From assembly GCA_903813345.2 (NCBI GenBank), contig CAIIXF020000001.1, forward strand, positions 1,240,001-1,304,000: a stretch of DNA of 64,000 nt. Reading direction: 5' to 3'. The notes under the pieces are model-generated. The model did not search any database. It saw only the letters and a program-made list of their open reading frames with translations, and was not told the DNA's origin. Shown in pieces: positions 23,931 through 36,813 of this stretch; position 1 is the stretch's first letter, and the number at the start of each line of letters is the position of its first letter. This DNA is from Owenia fusiformis (taxonomy: Eukaryota). The position numbers and the translations under genes were made by a program.

Positions 23931-25155
23931 TTATATATTAATGAAACATTTAATTTTTTCTTTGGTATGGAATTCATAATGACTATTGAGATTAGACTTT
24001 TGTGCAAATGATTTAGAACAAACGTCACATTTGTAGTTCTTTTCTCCAGTATGAATCCTATTATGTCTGTTAAAATGACACTTTCGTGTAAATGTTTTTG
24101 AACAAACATTACATTTGAAGTTCTTTTCTCCAGTATGAGTTCTATAATGGGTGTCAAGAATAGACTTAAGCATAATTGTTTTAGAACAAACACAACATTT
24201 GAAGTTCTTTTCTCCTGTATGAATTATATAATGCCTGTCACGACTAGACTTAAGTGCAAATGTTTTGAAACAAACATCACATTTGAATATCTTTTCTCCG
24301 GTATGAATTCTATAATGTCTGCTTAGATCATACTTTTGTGAAAATGTTTTCGAACAAACATCACATTTGAAGTTATTTCTCCAGTATGAGTTGTATAATG
24401 TCTATTTAGATCAGACTTTCGTGCAAATGTTTTGAACAAACATTACATTTGAAGTTATTTCCCCCAGTATGAGTTTTGTAATGTAACTCAAGATAGGACT
24501 TCCGTGCAAATGTTTTAGAACAAACATCACATTCGAAGTTCATTTCTCCAGTATGAATTATATAATGTCTGGTAAGATTAGACTTTCGTGTAAATGTTTT
24601 AGAACAAACATTACATTTGATGTTCTTTTCCCCAGTATGGATTATATAATGCTTGGTAAGATTAGACTTTAGTGCAAATGTTTTAGAACAAGCATTACAT
24701 TTGAAGTTCTTTTCTCCAGTATGAGTTCTGTAATGTAACTTCAGACTAGATTTTCGTTCAAATGTTTTAGAACAAACATCACATTTGGAGTTCTTTTCTC
24801 CAGTATGAGTTTTATAATGTATGTTTAAATGAGCCTTTTGTGTAAATGTTTTAGAACAAACATCACATTTGAAGTTCTTTTCTCCAGTATGAATTTTGTA
24901 ATGTTGCACAAGTGCAGCCTTCCATTTGAACGATTTACAGCATAAACTACGAATATGTTTTCCTCCATTGCCATTTTCTAGTCTCTGAAAACCACTTGTA
25001 ATGATATTACCCCTAGTAATGTCATTATTCATCAGACTATCAGACTTATTTAGCATAATTTTCTTTTTATTTATCACACAATTACCATTTTTCATCCCAC
25101 CATTATCTATCACTCCATCAGCATTTCTGACCTTGCTACATGTATCATTGTCCAT
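23931..25155 (-). pseudogene. C2H2 zinc-finger gene (about 12 fingers) with two -1 frameshifts; pseudogene or assembly indel errors
   Basis: ORF 24406-25185 and ORF 23931-24173 join into one finger array after 1-bp deletions at about 24433 and 24376. The paralogous start ATG-GAA-AAC is TTG here; the first ATG is at 25155. Confidence 0.8.
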
Positions 25156-25489
25156 GATGTTTTCCAAAGTAAAGGTTAATTCCAAATTTTGCCTTCCTAA
25201 ATTACGTATACTCTGATGTCACTCGACTTTATGTTTGAAGCATCATTTTCTGTTAAATTTATTTTTGATTTAACAGCACGTTTATGTTTAATATCATCAA
25301 ATAATGTGTTAAGTGATTTCCAGGATTCGTTACCTTTACCTCCTGGTATTTTATTTGTGAGATGCGAATGTAGGAATAAGAGTTAAGCTTATACACGGTA
25401 CATGAATATACATGTAAGGTATAGCTTATATACATATATTTGGCATACACATAAGCTTAAGCTTAATGTAGGGATAATCTGTGTATTAA

Positions 25490-25964
25490 ACAGGCAATGC
25501 GCTTATTTTTGAAGGAAAAGGACAAAATATTATTTGAGACATGTCACTCAAACAGTCAATCAAATATGATAAAAACTTTAATTTGGGTCAATACTGAAGT
25601 GAAAAAAATTACTCGCATAGAAAACAGCATTTGAAGTTCAGAGATCAACAGAAGTGAATTACCACTTTTCACAAAGTGTATGTTTTTCAATAACTCTTTG
25701 ACTCAAATATGGCGTATGGTTGAAAATGCTATCAAAAATGAATGGACAATTAATACAAACAACAATGCCATCTTTCCATGGCATTGTTAAAAACTTGACA
25801 TCTATAAATTGATAGATCAAAAATATTTTTTCATGATCTAGTGTCAACCCTGATGTGGTCTGTTTGAGCCGGTTTTGGTCTCCAATGAAAGATCAGGTAC
25901 TTATAAATCCATTGGAAATACTATGAAGATCACAAGTGAGACTTCATGTACGCACTTTGTCCCT
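25490..25964. mobile_element. Kolobok-like insertion (TTAA-flanked, one recognisable end)
   Basis: TTAA at 25486-25489 and 25965-25968; right end ...cactttgtccct|ttaa. It splits gggataat..gtgta|ttaa.tgaaccattg, which is contiguous in the paralogue at about 45360-45400. Confidence 0.55.
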
Positions 25965-26454
25965 TTAAATGAACCATTGTCAAACCATATTATCGCGGGC
26001 ATGGAGTTGTAGGTAGCTAGACTAAGTCAATTCTATTTAGAATAACAAGGAAACAACGATATTTGATAATTTGAGAAAATAGCATTTCCTCTAACACACC
26101 ATCAAAATATATTTTAACACACTTTCAAGTAACAATGTCTTTTGGTATAGGAACAATTGTATTGCACTGGCTATAGTAAACAAATAAAAAGGACATTGAT
26201 TGGAAGCGGTAACACAAAGACATTAAGGTGAAAAGAAGCCAAGATGGCTGAATCCCATTCCCATTCCATTGCCGTGGGCAAAGCATAGACTTGCAACCAA
26301 CAGAAAAAGAGATTTTTCCGATGTCACAGATATCAAGTTGTTAGCCTGCCCTAAATCAAATCAAGACTGTGGAGGCGAAGCTTCCTGTCAGAGGACATAA
26401 GTTTAGTCTGGTTAAATTTTAACTTCTTTTTCTCCGTGTTTCTGTATTCCGTTA

Positions 26455-27350
26455 GACGTGTCGCAAAAAGGTGGCGCATTTGTTTTTTAAGGGTATCGCG
26501 TGAATGTAACTTTGATTCCCCGGATTATAAGATAATATTCTAATTAAAGTTATATATCATTTTAAAGCTGTTTCGATGAAGATTTTAGATCAACTACACT
26601 CCGTTCACATTTTTTGCGCGTTCGTTTTTAAAAAAGAGTTTTTTACCAAAACATCTGGCAAATATCCCATGTTGACAAGTTACATTTTGAATTATTTTTC
26701 GTCTTTAAACGCTCATAACTCAAACAATATATGACTATTATACTTATTTTTCGTCTTGATAAAGGTAGATGGAAGTTTTATTTCAAAGGATGAATTTTAG
26801 TAAGCGTCCCATATTGTGACGTCATAGAGTCTGAAAAATAGAATCTGTTGACAGCGACCTTTTTTGCTCATTTTTTGGTACCTTCAATTTTTCAGGTGTA
26901 CATTAAACAAAAAATACGAGATCAATTTTTAATAAATCATACATGATTATTTTGCTCCTAAACTCTAGTTTATTAATAAATAGTTGATTTTGTTCACAAA
27001 AGTATGTATTTTGTGTTGTATGTGGAAAAGTGGAGGACGAAAGGTTTTCAAAATTCATTAAAATAGGGCCTATTCGCCTATTTTCAAGCACAGCAACACG
27101 TATATTTATTTCACCTAAAATATCAATTGATTCGTGTTTTATGATGCTCCTAGCCCATTAACAATATATATATGATATCAGAGTTATTCGTCTAAAATGT
27201 TTTGAGATATAGAGGTAAATGTGGAGGACGAAAGGATTTTCATGTGTGTACATTTTTCTCAAAAACGTCACATTCTATCATGTTAAAAGCGAGGATCCTC
27301 TGGATTACAAAATGTGTAACAATGCGTGCGCGAGCTTTTTGCGACACGTC
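26455..27350. mobile_element. Non-autonomous DNA transposon with TTA TSD (Harbinger-like)
   Basis: TIR gacgtgtcgcaaaaag / ctttttgcgacacgtc with TTA on both sides. Internal direct repeat gtggaggacgaaagg at about 27030 and 27221. Confidence 0.8.
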
Positions 27351-27539
27351 TTAACATAATTTTCGAATGGAAAAGTAACGATATCTCAGGAAATAATTGC
27401 CTTCATTTGAAAGACTCTTGCGATACCAATTATTCCCGGTTTTAGATCACTCAGAGATTCTCGAAACCGTGTCAATTGATGTCATAAAATTCTTGGGAAA
27501 TCCGACGTTTTAAAGCTTGCACGTCTAACCATCGCGTAA

Positions 27540-27890
27540 GCAGGCGTCACCGTACAGCGTCAAAAATACAGTAGTACAGTTTTCTGTACGGTGACGAAAA
27601 TAAACTAAGTTGATGCAAAAACTATAATGGAGGTTTTAAAAAAAATAATTATATGAAAATAAATACGATTTCGGGTGTATTAAAAACAGCATTCTCTTAA
27701 AAATAATTATGATAAAAGTTTTTGCTCGGATTTTTTTCTGACTGGATCGGCCCACTTAATCGACTCGACTGAGAAAAATGTTGTTTTTCACATTTAGAAA
27801 GGATGAAGATTTGCAAATAATCATTCACTGTTTATATTTAAAAAAGATCAATTCTGCGCCGTGACGCATCTGCTGTACGGTGACGATTCC
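27540..27890. mobile_element. Harbinger-like MITE
   Basis: gcaggcgtcaccgtacagc versus gctgtacggtgacgattcc, flanked by TAA/TTA. An extra internal ctgtacggtgacg lies at about 27585. Confidence 0.7.
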
Positions 27891-28057
27891 TTAGAATTTA
27901 TGAAGTGTAATATATGAGCTCAGTATTAGCTTTTAAGTTTTTGTGTGGAATTCAAATGTTGTATCCCATTCTGATAACAAGGATTAAATACTGAAACACA
28001 TTCAACTCTAAGCTTACTGTTCGAACAAGAGGTAAAGACGTGTCAGATCTACATTTA

Positions 28058-28815
28058 CACTGGTGATCCACTCGATTACGGAACCGTTTCGGTAACAAAA
28101 TGTCGGAACGTCGAAGGCACGATTTTTCTTTTTTCCTTATTTCACACGTTGTAGGCAGAATTCCAACGACATTTTTATCACAGACGTGTATCATTATCAT
28201 ATGATTAAGAAAATGTACCGTTTGCGAGCAAATAGTTCAGAAGACAACAGAATCGTCGATTTAATCCCTCACATAAGTTACCCCAACGGTATTTCGAAAA
28301 AACAGTTAAGATCTTACCCTTTGCATTCGTTTGACTTCATTTCCTAAAAGAGAGCTTCGTCTTCTAGTTTAACTAGACTCTGCACGCAGGGTATTAAGAT
28401 CTGCACTTTTAACCCAAACCGTTTATGTAACTTAAATGAGGAAATAAATCGACGATTCTGTTTTCTTCTGAGCTATTTTTACCCTTTGCATTCGTTTGAC
28501 TTCACTTCTTAAAAGAGAGCTTCGTCTTCTAGTTTAACTAGACTCTGCACGCAGGGTATTAAGATCTGCACTTTTAACCCAAAACGTTTATGTAACTTAA
28601 GTGAGGAATTAAATCGACGATTCTGTTTTCTTCTGAGCTATTTTTCGCAAACATGTACCTTTTATAAAACATATGATACTGATATACGTTTGTGAGAAAA
28701 AATGTCGTGGGGATTCTGCCTACAACAAGCGAAAAAAGTTTTAAAAAAATCGTAACTTCGACGTTCCGACATTTTGTTAACGAAACGGTTAGCGTAATCG
28801 AGCGGATCACCAGTG
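28058..28815. mobile_element. Foldback element CACTG...CAGTG with about 225-bp TIRs and an internal 165-bp tandem duplication
   Basis: cactggtgatccactcgattacg... versus ...cgtaatcgagcggatcaccagtg. Flanks attta/atgta match at 4 of 5. Duplicated block starts at 28314 and 28479. Confidence 0.85.
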
Positions 28816-28935
28816 ATGTACATTATCACTGCCCGTAACCAGTATTCTGACCTTTGCCTATCCATTATTTACTTATCATTGCTAAGTAGTTCAATGGTAT
28901 TTCTCGCTAGATTGACTGACCGATACTTAATTTGG

Positions 28936-29295
28936 TGCGATGGATGCGATCGCACCCCCCCCCTCATGACCAATAAAAAATAAAGCCATGAGAAAGAAGA
29001 TATCGTGCTTATGATTTGGTCTCAAGATATATCTAAGGTATATATGATGTTTTATGAGCAATTATATTGGGACATTACTGATTGTCCAGAATATAAATCT
29101 GGAAGACTCGATCTCTTTAAAATGCTTTTTATTTGAAGCTTTTAGCTCAGTTTTGAAGGAAGTTGCATCAATTTCAGTAAAATTCAAAATAAATCTTCTT
29201 TTTGGCTTGTTATGCCACTATCGCACCCTCTGACTGAAAACCGAAAATTTTCGGGTGATCCATCCCCCCATGACTGAAAGCTGGCTACGACCCTG
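28936..29295. mobile_element. hAT-like MITE fragment (right end GCTGGCTACGACCCTG)
   Basis: End motif of the same type as 19834-19975; repeated gcacccc/catgac motifs. Confidence 0.45.
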
Positions 29296-29683
29296 TCCAC
29301 TCTTTTAAAACAATTCGAAACACATAATAAATGGATTTGTTTTTACACAATTATATTTGATTTATTATTACCTATATATGCGATAAATACACTTGTATAT
29401 GCGGTTAATATTATTCAGTGTTTGGTAAAATGCCACATATTTAAGTCCATGTACACACACGAACAAAGACGGTTGACACATATATTTACAACGCATGTCA
29501 AATAAAATACACTTTTAAATCAAGCAATGTTCATTAACCGAACAATCATGGAGTACAAAATAGCACGGACAGTGCACGTCAATGTCTTATTTCTTATGTT
29601 GAATTTCACTCACAAATATATAATTTCCCTAAATAGTTAAGCTGGTGAGCCAATATACTTAAAGTTGATTTCTTTACACTTTA

Positions 29684-30173
29684 CACCCCAGTCACATTTG
29701 TCGCACGGCGGCCGCAAGTCGACCGCAGAACAATTAAATCGGCAAATTTCTGCGGCGAGCGTAGAAAAACTACGCTCGCCTTGCGGCCTCCGTACGGCGT
29801 ATGCAGATTTTTACAGGCCGCAGGGAAGGCGTAGAAATTATAACTCGGAGTTATAATATTTGTTCATTTCTGAGGTCCCCGTAGAAATCAACTGGCTCAA
29901 CAAGATTGAATCATTATTTGTCAATGTTTCACGATCACTTTTCATTTGATATTACATCCTAGCACTTTGAATAACATTTATAAATTGTCCTGATGTAAAT
30001 AAAATGAAAAAACTATTATTTATCAATAGAAATTTAAAATTCACCGTGCGGCTGCCGTGGGAAATGTGACTGCAAAAGTATGAGAGCGCAGAAATTCTGC
30101 GGCGAGCGTAGAAAAGCTACTGGCCGCAGAAATGATAGACCGCAAGGTCGCCGTAGGAAATGTGACTGGGGTG
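29684..30173. mobile_element. PIF/Harbinger MITE, complete
   Basis: Perfect 16-bp TIR caccccagtcacattt / aaatgtgactggggtg and exact TTA TSD. Second copy at about 40054-40435. Confidence 0.9.
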
Positions 30174-30908
30174 TTACTAACGTGTTAAAATCCAGGCCAT
30201 TTAATTAGGGCATTTACCTCAATAAACAAAATGCTCTTACTTCAGATAAATTGCAAAGTAAATAAAAAACAATTATCTTATTAAACTCTAGTTTATTTTA
30301 TTTCTTCTTCCATATGTATGATATCATTGATCGTAATTCAATATTTCAACATATCTATTGATCAGATGAAAATGTCACTTACATTTTTGTAACACCCTGT
30401 ATCTCTAATTCTAATCTTGGTAAAATATGCAATCTACAATAATTCAATATTTCAACATAGGAGTTGTATCGATATGGAGAACTGAATTCAACAATTTTGT
30501 TCTCTTAAACCAATCATTGAAAACATTCTGTAAAAAACACGGTATTTTATGTAATGTTGACTGATTGACAACAATTTAATGCGAAAATTATTTAGAAATA
30601 TCACTTGGTAAAAATGTAAAAATAATATAGAATAAAATGTTTAATATACTGCAAAATAAGTTGCATTAAGAGAGAATCATAGAGAATATTTTTCCCAGTA
30701 TAATAGGCAGTTATTTTTTGTATTATAGCGGAAAAAAATATAATACGAATTTTGAAGAATTATTTTTGATTTAATAATATTATTCGTGTATTATTTAAAG
30801 GGAACAACATATAATACCATATAATATAGAATAATATTTTTGTCAGGAGCAAATAATATGTTGGCATCTGCAATCAAAAACCGATTATACGCGTTTATTT
30901 TCGAGCAG

Positions 30909-33900
30909 TTAATCCCTAATTACTCAATTCCTATGAAATGAGTTTCATTCATACTTATACTTAAGTAATTAATCCGTTTGTTATGGTTAATGGATTAATC
31001 TCTACAGCTGATGGCTCTAAAAAATTCCACAAAAATAATTTGCAGAATAAGTTTTTACATATATATTTGATTGTATAATGTCCCTCATGTTATGATTAAC
31101 ATTGTGTTAAATTTTTGATTCAATCAATTAATTCATTGTAAAGTTAATTTTTGAATTTTTAATTAATTGGTTTTCCTCACATTTTTATTCCATTGTTTCT
31201 CTGTCACATTAGGTTTTTGGCAAACAACTCTTAAATCCCCCTCTTACACAGATACAAACAACCACCTGCATTCACTTTGCCAACAAAAAACAGTCATGAC
31301 ACAGAACTGCTCAATAATTAATAAACACATTACGCATTTTATACAGAACCATACTTAAGGACCCCCCTCCCCGTGGCCAACGATTCTTTCAAATTCATAT
31401 AGTTTTTCAACATTCACATACATGTATTGACATTCCAGAGCAATATAATAAGTCAAACTTTAATCCCTAATTATTCAATTTCTATGATTTGAGTTTTGTT
31501 CACACCGATAAATAATCTGTTTGTTAGAGTTAATGGATTTATTTCTACAGCCGATGGTTCTAATTTCAACCAAAAAATAATTTGCAAATTTAGTTTTTCA
31601 TATTTATTTGATCGTATAATGTCCCTTATGTTATAATTAACATTGTGTTAAAATTTGGATTTAATTGATTGACTCAATGGAAAATTAATTTTTAATCAAT
31701 GGCTTTCCTCACATTTTTACTCCATTTGGTTTCCTCACAATTTAAATCAATAGTTTTTCTGTCAAATTAAGCTTACAACCAACAAGACTTAAAGCCCTCT
31801 CTCACACAGACACAAACACCTTTATTCACTTCACAAACAACACAAAACGTTGATGACACGAAACTGCTATATATCAATACATTACAAATTTGATACAGGT
31901 CCATGGCAAGGAAGGGGGGGGGGGTCGTTGGGTTCGAGTAAATCACCCTCCCCCTTGCCAAAATCCTATTATCAATTGTGAACCCTTGGTATGTTTTGAA
32001 AATTGATCCCCTTGGCTAAAACTTATTACAAGCCTGTAATATATTGTATGTTTTGCTCCGATTTTTCTGACAAATCACTGATAACTAGACATGTAAATTG
32101 AACAAGTTCAATTTAAGACTCCAGATTTCACATTTTTTTTAAGCTGAGTCATCCAGAACTTGTAAGCTGAGTCATTCAGAATAAGCTGAGTCAGCTAGAA
32201 TATAGACATTTAGACAACTTTTAAGAAGGCTATCTTCGACTCTATTAGCTTAACATGGGGATATCATCATATCGACTTTTCGAGACTTCAAACCGCTATA
32301 ACTATCTAACCAGAAGTCAGATCGAAATTTGGTTTAAAGATTCTGATTCCTGAGAAAATTCTACCCTTAATTCATAACTCATACGTTAAATTTGGAGAAT
32401 TTTTTATTTTGACCTACATTTCGGACACCATATCTCAAAAGTGGGTCAAAAAACTTTCTGACGGCAGAAGGCTAACACTATAAGCACACTCTTTGCTACC
32501 TGTATACACAATTTTGAAGCAAATCCTTAAAGTGTAATGTCAGAATCGCAAAAATAAGGAAAACTATGAATTTGACCTAGATTTTGACCAAGGCATTTTT
32601 GCGTCCAAATTTTAAAGCTAGATAGTCTTCGAGGTCCCCTCCTTTTATAGGCTTTCAGAATATTAAGCTGTACTCAGTCTATATCTGGTATTTTACACTT
32701 CAAAAAATCCTTTTTCTCATTGACATAACATGGGGCACCAAATTTAGCGATTTTTGAGCTTTCAAAACGCCATAACTTTCGAACCGGAAGTCGGATCGAA
32801 ATTTGGTTTGCAGATTCGGATACCTGACAAAATTCTATCCCTAATTCATAACTCATACGTTAAATTTGGAAATTTTTTATTTTGACCTACTTTTTGGACA
32901 CGCCATGACTTCCGAACCGGAAGTCGGATCGAAATTTGGTTTGCAGATTCGGATTCCTGAGAAAATTCTACCCTTAATTCATAACTCATACGTTGGATCT
33001 GGAGAACTTTTTATTTTGACCTACTTTTCGGACACCATATCTCAAAAGTGGGTCAAAATACTTTCTGACGGCAAAAGGCTAACACTATTAGCACACTCTT
33101 TGCTACCTGTATACAAAATTTGGAAGTAAGTTATTCAAGTGTAGTGTCAGAATCGTAAAAATAAGGAAACACTATGAATTTGACCTAGATTTTGACCTAG
33201 GCATTTTGGTGTCCAAATTTTGAAACTATGTAGCTTTTGAGGTCCCCTTCTTTTATAAGCATTCATTATGTTAAGCTGTACTCAGTCTATATCCTGTATT
33301 TTACACTTCGAAAAAGTCTTTTTTCCCATTGACTTAACATAGGCACCAAATTTAGCGATTTTTGAGCTTTCAAAACGCCATAACTTCCGAACCGGAAGTC
33401 GGATCGAAATTTGGTTTGCAGATTCGGATTCCTGAGATCATTCTACACTTATTTCATAACTCTCATGTTGAATTTGGAGAATTTTTTGTTCTGACCTACT
33501 TTTCGGACGCAATATCTCAAAATCGGTAAGAGTAATCAAAAAATGATTTGCCTTACGGAATTAGCGTTTTTTCCAAGGAACATGATGAAAAAAAACCGGA
33601 GCAAAAATATTGAAAGACGACTGAGAAAAGTGGTGAATTAGTGAAAATCAACGATTTGACCTAGTTCTTGACCTATGACCTAGATAGAAATTTGACCTAA
33701 TTTCCCAGAAAGCCGGATACAGTCCTTAGTTAACCATGTAAGTTGGATTAAGTAAGCTGTTATAGTTGACGAGAAATTTGGTGAGGAGGAATAATAATAA
33801 TAATAATAAAGAAAACTGGCAAAAGCAATAGACTCCAGATTTTCAATCTGGAGTCTAATAAATAAGGAAACGTCCATTAGGTTAACCGATACAAGTGGTG

Positions 33901-35130
33901 TTAATCCATGCTAAAACAAAATAAGAACTTGTATTTTCTCACATTTCACAATTCGTGTGTTTTCTGTTATCCATATAATATCTGAGATATAAACCGGGGA
34001 TATCCCGGGAGGGGGGATATAAACATCAGATTAGTACATGATGTTATACATTTGTTTCTACTACAATTGGATCATTTCTTTTTATTACAACTTTCTTTGT
34101 TTTCCATTTCAAAATATATATATTCAAAAGGTACGAGATTCGGTATGTTTAGTTGTTTGATAATGAAAATAAAGAAGTGGGCACAGTTTAATGTTTCATC
34201 TGAAAAAGCAATGATTACGCTTTGAGCAAATTGGTGCATGATAGAACAAACTGATGTAAATAACATATTGACATACAGCATGTCAGAGCAATATGATAAG
34301 TAAAATGTTAATCCCTAATTATTTAATTTCTTTAATATGAGCTTCATTAACACTGACAACTAATCCGTTTGTTGGAGGCAATGGATTAATTTCCTACAGC
34401 CAACAGTTCTGAGTTCAACAAAAAAATATTTGAAAATTAAGTTTTTCATATTTATTTGATTGTATAATGCCCCTTATGATATGATTAACATTGTGTTAAA
34501 ATTTGGATTTAATTGATTGACTCAACGGAAAGTTAAGTTTTAATCAATGGGTTTCCACTCCATTGTTTCTCTGCCACATTAAGTTTACAACAAACAACAT
34601 TTAAGGCCCCCTCTTACACAGAGTGAGACACAAACAACCACCTGTATTCACTTTGCCAACCACAAAAATAGTCTTGACACAGAACTGCTCAATTTTTCAG
34701 TTAAATACAAGTACATTACACATTTTATACAGGCCCGTACCTATCGAGTAACGATCCCCTCCCCTTGGCCAACAATTCTTTCAAAATCATGCAGATTTTC
34801 ACCATTCACATACATGTATTGATGTCACAGCAATATAAGTAATACCTTAATCCCTAAGTTTTCTCAATTTCTATGAAATGAGTTTTGTTCACTGATAACT
34901 AATCCGTTTGTTAGAGTTAATGGATTAATATCTAGAACTGATTCTTCTAATTTCCATAAAAAATAATAATTTGCAAATTAAGTTTTTCATATTTATTTGA
35001 TGGTATAGTGTCCCTCTTTCTATGATTAACATTGTGTTAAAATTTGGATTGACTTGATTAACTCATCGGAAAGTTAATTTTTTGATTTTTAATTGATGAC
35101 TTTTCTTCACATGTTTACTCCATTGTTAAC
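30909..35130. repeat. Diverged satellite of about 540-550 bp, about 3.5 units, interrupted by the HINE
   Basis: Units start ttaatccctaa at 30909, 31460, 34308 and 34847, with shared blocks taatggatt, gattaacattgtgttaaa and cattcacatacatgtattga. Confidence 0.85.
32085..33860 (-). mobile_element. Complete HINE (Helentron-associated, DINE-1-like non-autonomous rolling-circle element)
   Basis: Minus strand reads: 5' TTATT-AGACTCCAGATT gaa AATCTGGAGTCT palindrome, (TAT)n/(TCC)n microsatellite, central 608-bp tandem repeats with about 135-bp subunits (ccggaagtcggatcgaaatttgg), 3' subTIR AAATCTGGAGTCT, hairpin aaattgaac-tt-gttcaattt, terminal CTAG-TT. Confidence 0.85.
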
Positions 35131-35742
35131 ATTAATTTTAATCAAATTAAAATATTAATTTCTTCTAAATATTTATTTTGTAAATATGATTCAAATAGAA
35201 ATAGAACAATCAAAATAAAATGTATGTGTGACATTTGTAAGTAATGGAGATGAGAAGGCCAGTAGAACGGTTAATCCTATTAACTGCCATGCTGTGCATT
35301 CTTTGTTTTGTTTGGTTAAGTAATTAACCAGATGGATTGTGCATCAAGTTGGGCGAGAATAATCGCGTATAATATTTTTTAGAACCCAAATAATACAATA
35401 TAATTTGATATATTCTGTTCAGATTGGAAAATACAAGAAAATAATATTTTTTAGAATAGAAAAAAATTCTAAATAAACTGCAATCATCATATTTGGATCT
35501 CGCTTATTTCTAATTATATTATATTAATCTCTATATAATCGAGTATATTTTGCTGATTATATTTTTTTCCTTCATAATATAATATAATAATTACAATACT
35601 GAATGGAAATACTGTATTATTACGCATCTTTTTACACAAATATCCGAAAATAAAACCTCTTTTTATATATTATTTTATTGATTTCACCAAGTGTATTTTA
35701 TATAACTGTTTTTGTTAACATCTTTGTTTTTTAGTGAAATTG

Positions 35743-36098
35743 TTTTTGCTCCTTTCTACCAATTCTTGAGAATGAAATAAAATGTTTTTCCGAACCTTGC
35801 TGGAACAAAATAGCATATACAACATGTTTTAAGACCTCTCAACATTATTGTTATACAAAGTAATTTTTGGTTGATTTTTTCAAAAAATTAAAACAGAATC
35901 CCCCCCAAAATAGATTAAAATCAAGATAAACCTTTTATTTCATTAACAAGATAACTTTTTTTTAAAATCAACCAAAATTTCCTTTGTACAATTACAATAT
36001 TGATAGACCTAAACATGTTTTGTTTATGTCGTTTTGTTCCAATGAGGTTCGGAAAGATGTTTCATTTTACTCTGGAAACATGATACCAAGAACAAAAC
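35743..36098. mobile_element. Degenerate palindromic MITE (arms of about 150-170 bp)
   Basis: Nested inverted matches ttccgaacct/aggttcggaa, ggaacaaaa/ttttgttcc, tacaaag/ctttgta, ttttggttgatttt/aaaatcaaccaaaa. Confidence 0.75.
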
Positions 36099-36813
36099 AT
36101 GTGCTTGATGTGTTTTCTGAAACAATATAGATAAAAGTATATATATATAACACCCAGGAATTCAATATTTCAACTTTATAGATCAAATGTAAATGTCACT
36201 TACAATTTTGTAACACCCTGTATCTCTGATTCTAATTTTTGGTAAAATATGATTTTTCAAAATGGCTAGCATGTTGCAATATTGTCAAAAGGTACTGATG
36301 CATACTCTAATGTATTCCCATATAATCTAAACGAATTAAAATTATTAAACTTCTTTTGAAAGTTGAAAACTGCCACTGTTTAATCAATTTCACTGAACCT
36401 ATAAGCCACAAATATTTCATAAAAATATAGTAATAAACACTGTGATTGGTTAGAATATGAAATAGTATGGCCATAGTAGTGATGAGTAAATTATATTTTA
36501 TTCACAAAAAAGCGAGGCAAGATGTTGTCCAACTATTTTTAGATCCTTTTGAAACTGCATCAATTTTATAGTTGAGTGGAAATCTATAAATTCATTATTT
36601 AGGTGATATTGTATAAAATCTTTTGCAATACGTTCAAAGATTAAGTACATGACCCAATGAATTGTGGATGGTTTAATCCACTCACGCATCATTTTTTATA
36701 GGTTGCATTCTTGCTGCTGCACTCATGCAAAGGTTCGGAAACAGCACAATAGTGTATTAAATCACACGTACACAATGCATTGAGACTTGGGCTTAAATCT
36801 TTTACTGTCACAT

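Larger units (their letters stand above)
30602..35693. mobile_element. 5.1-kb CACT-ended (EnSpm/CACTA-like) non-autonomous element with about 300-bp imperfect TIRs, an internal satellite and a nested HINE
   Basis: Termini cacttggtaaaaat / atttcaccaagtg with TAT on both sides. Inner TIR ends gattatacgcgtttattttcg (about 30883) and cgagaataatcgcgtataat (about 35354). Confidence 0.7.
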
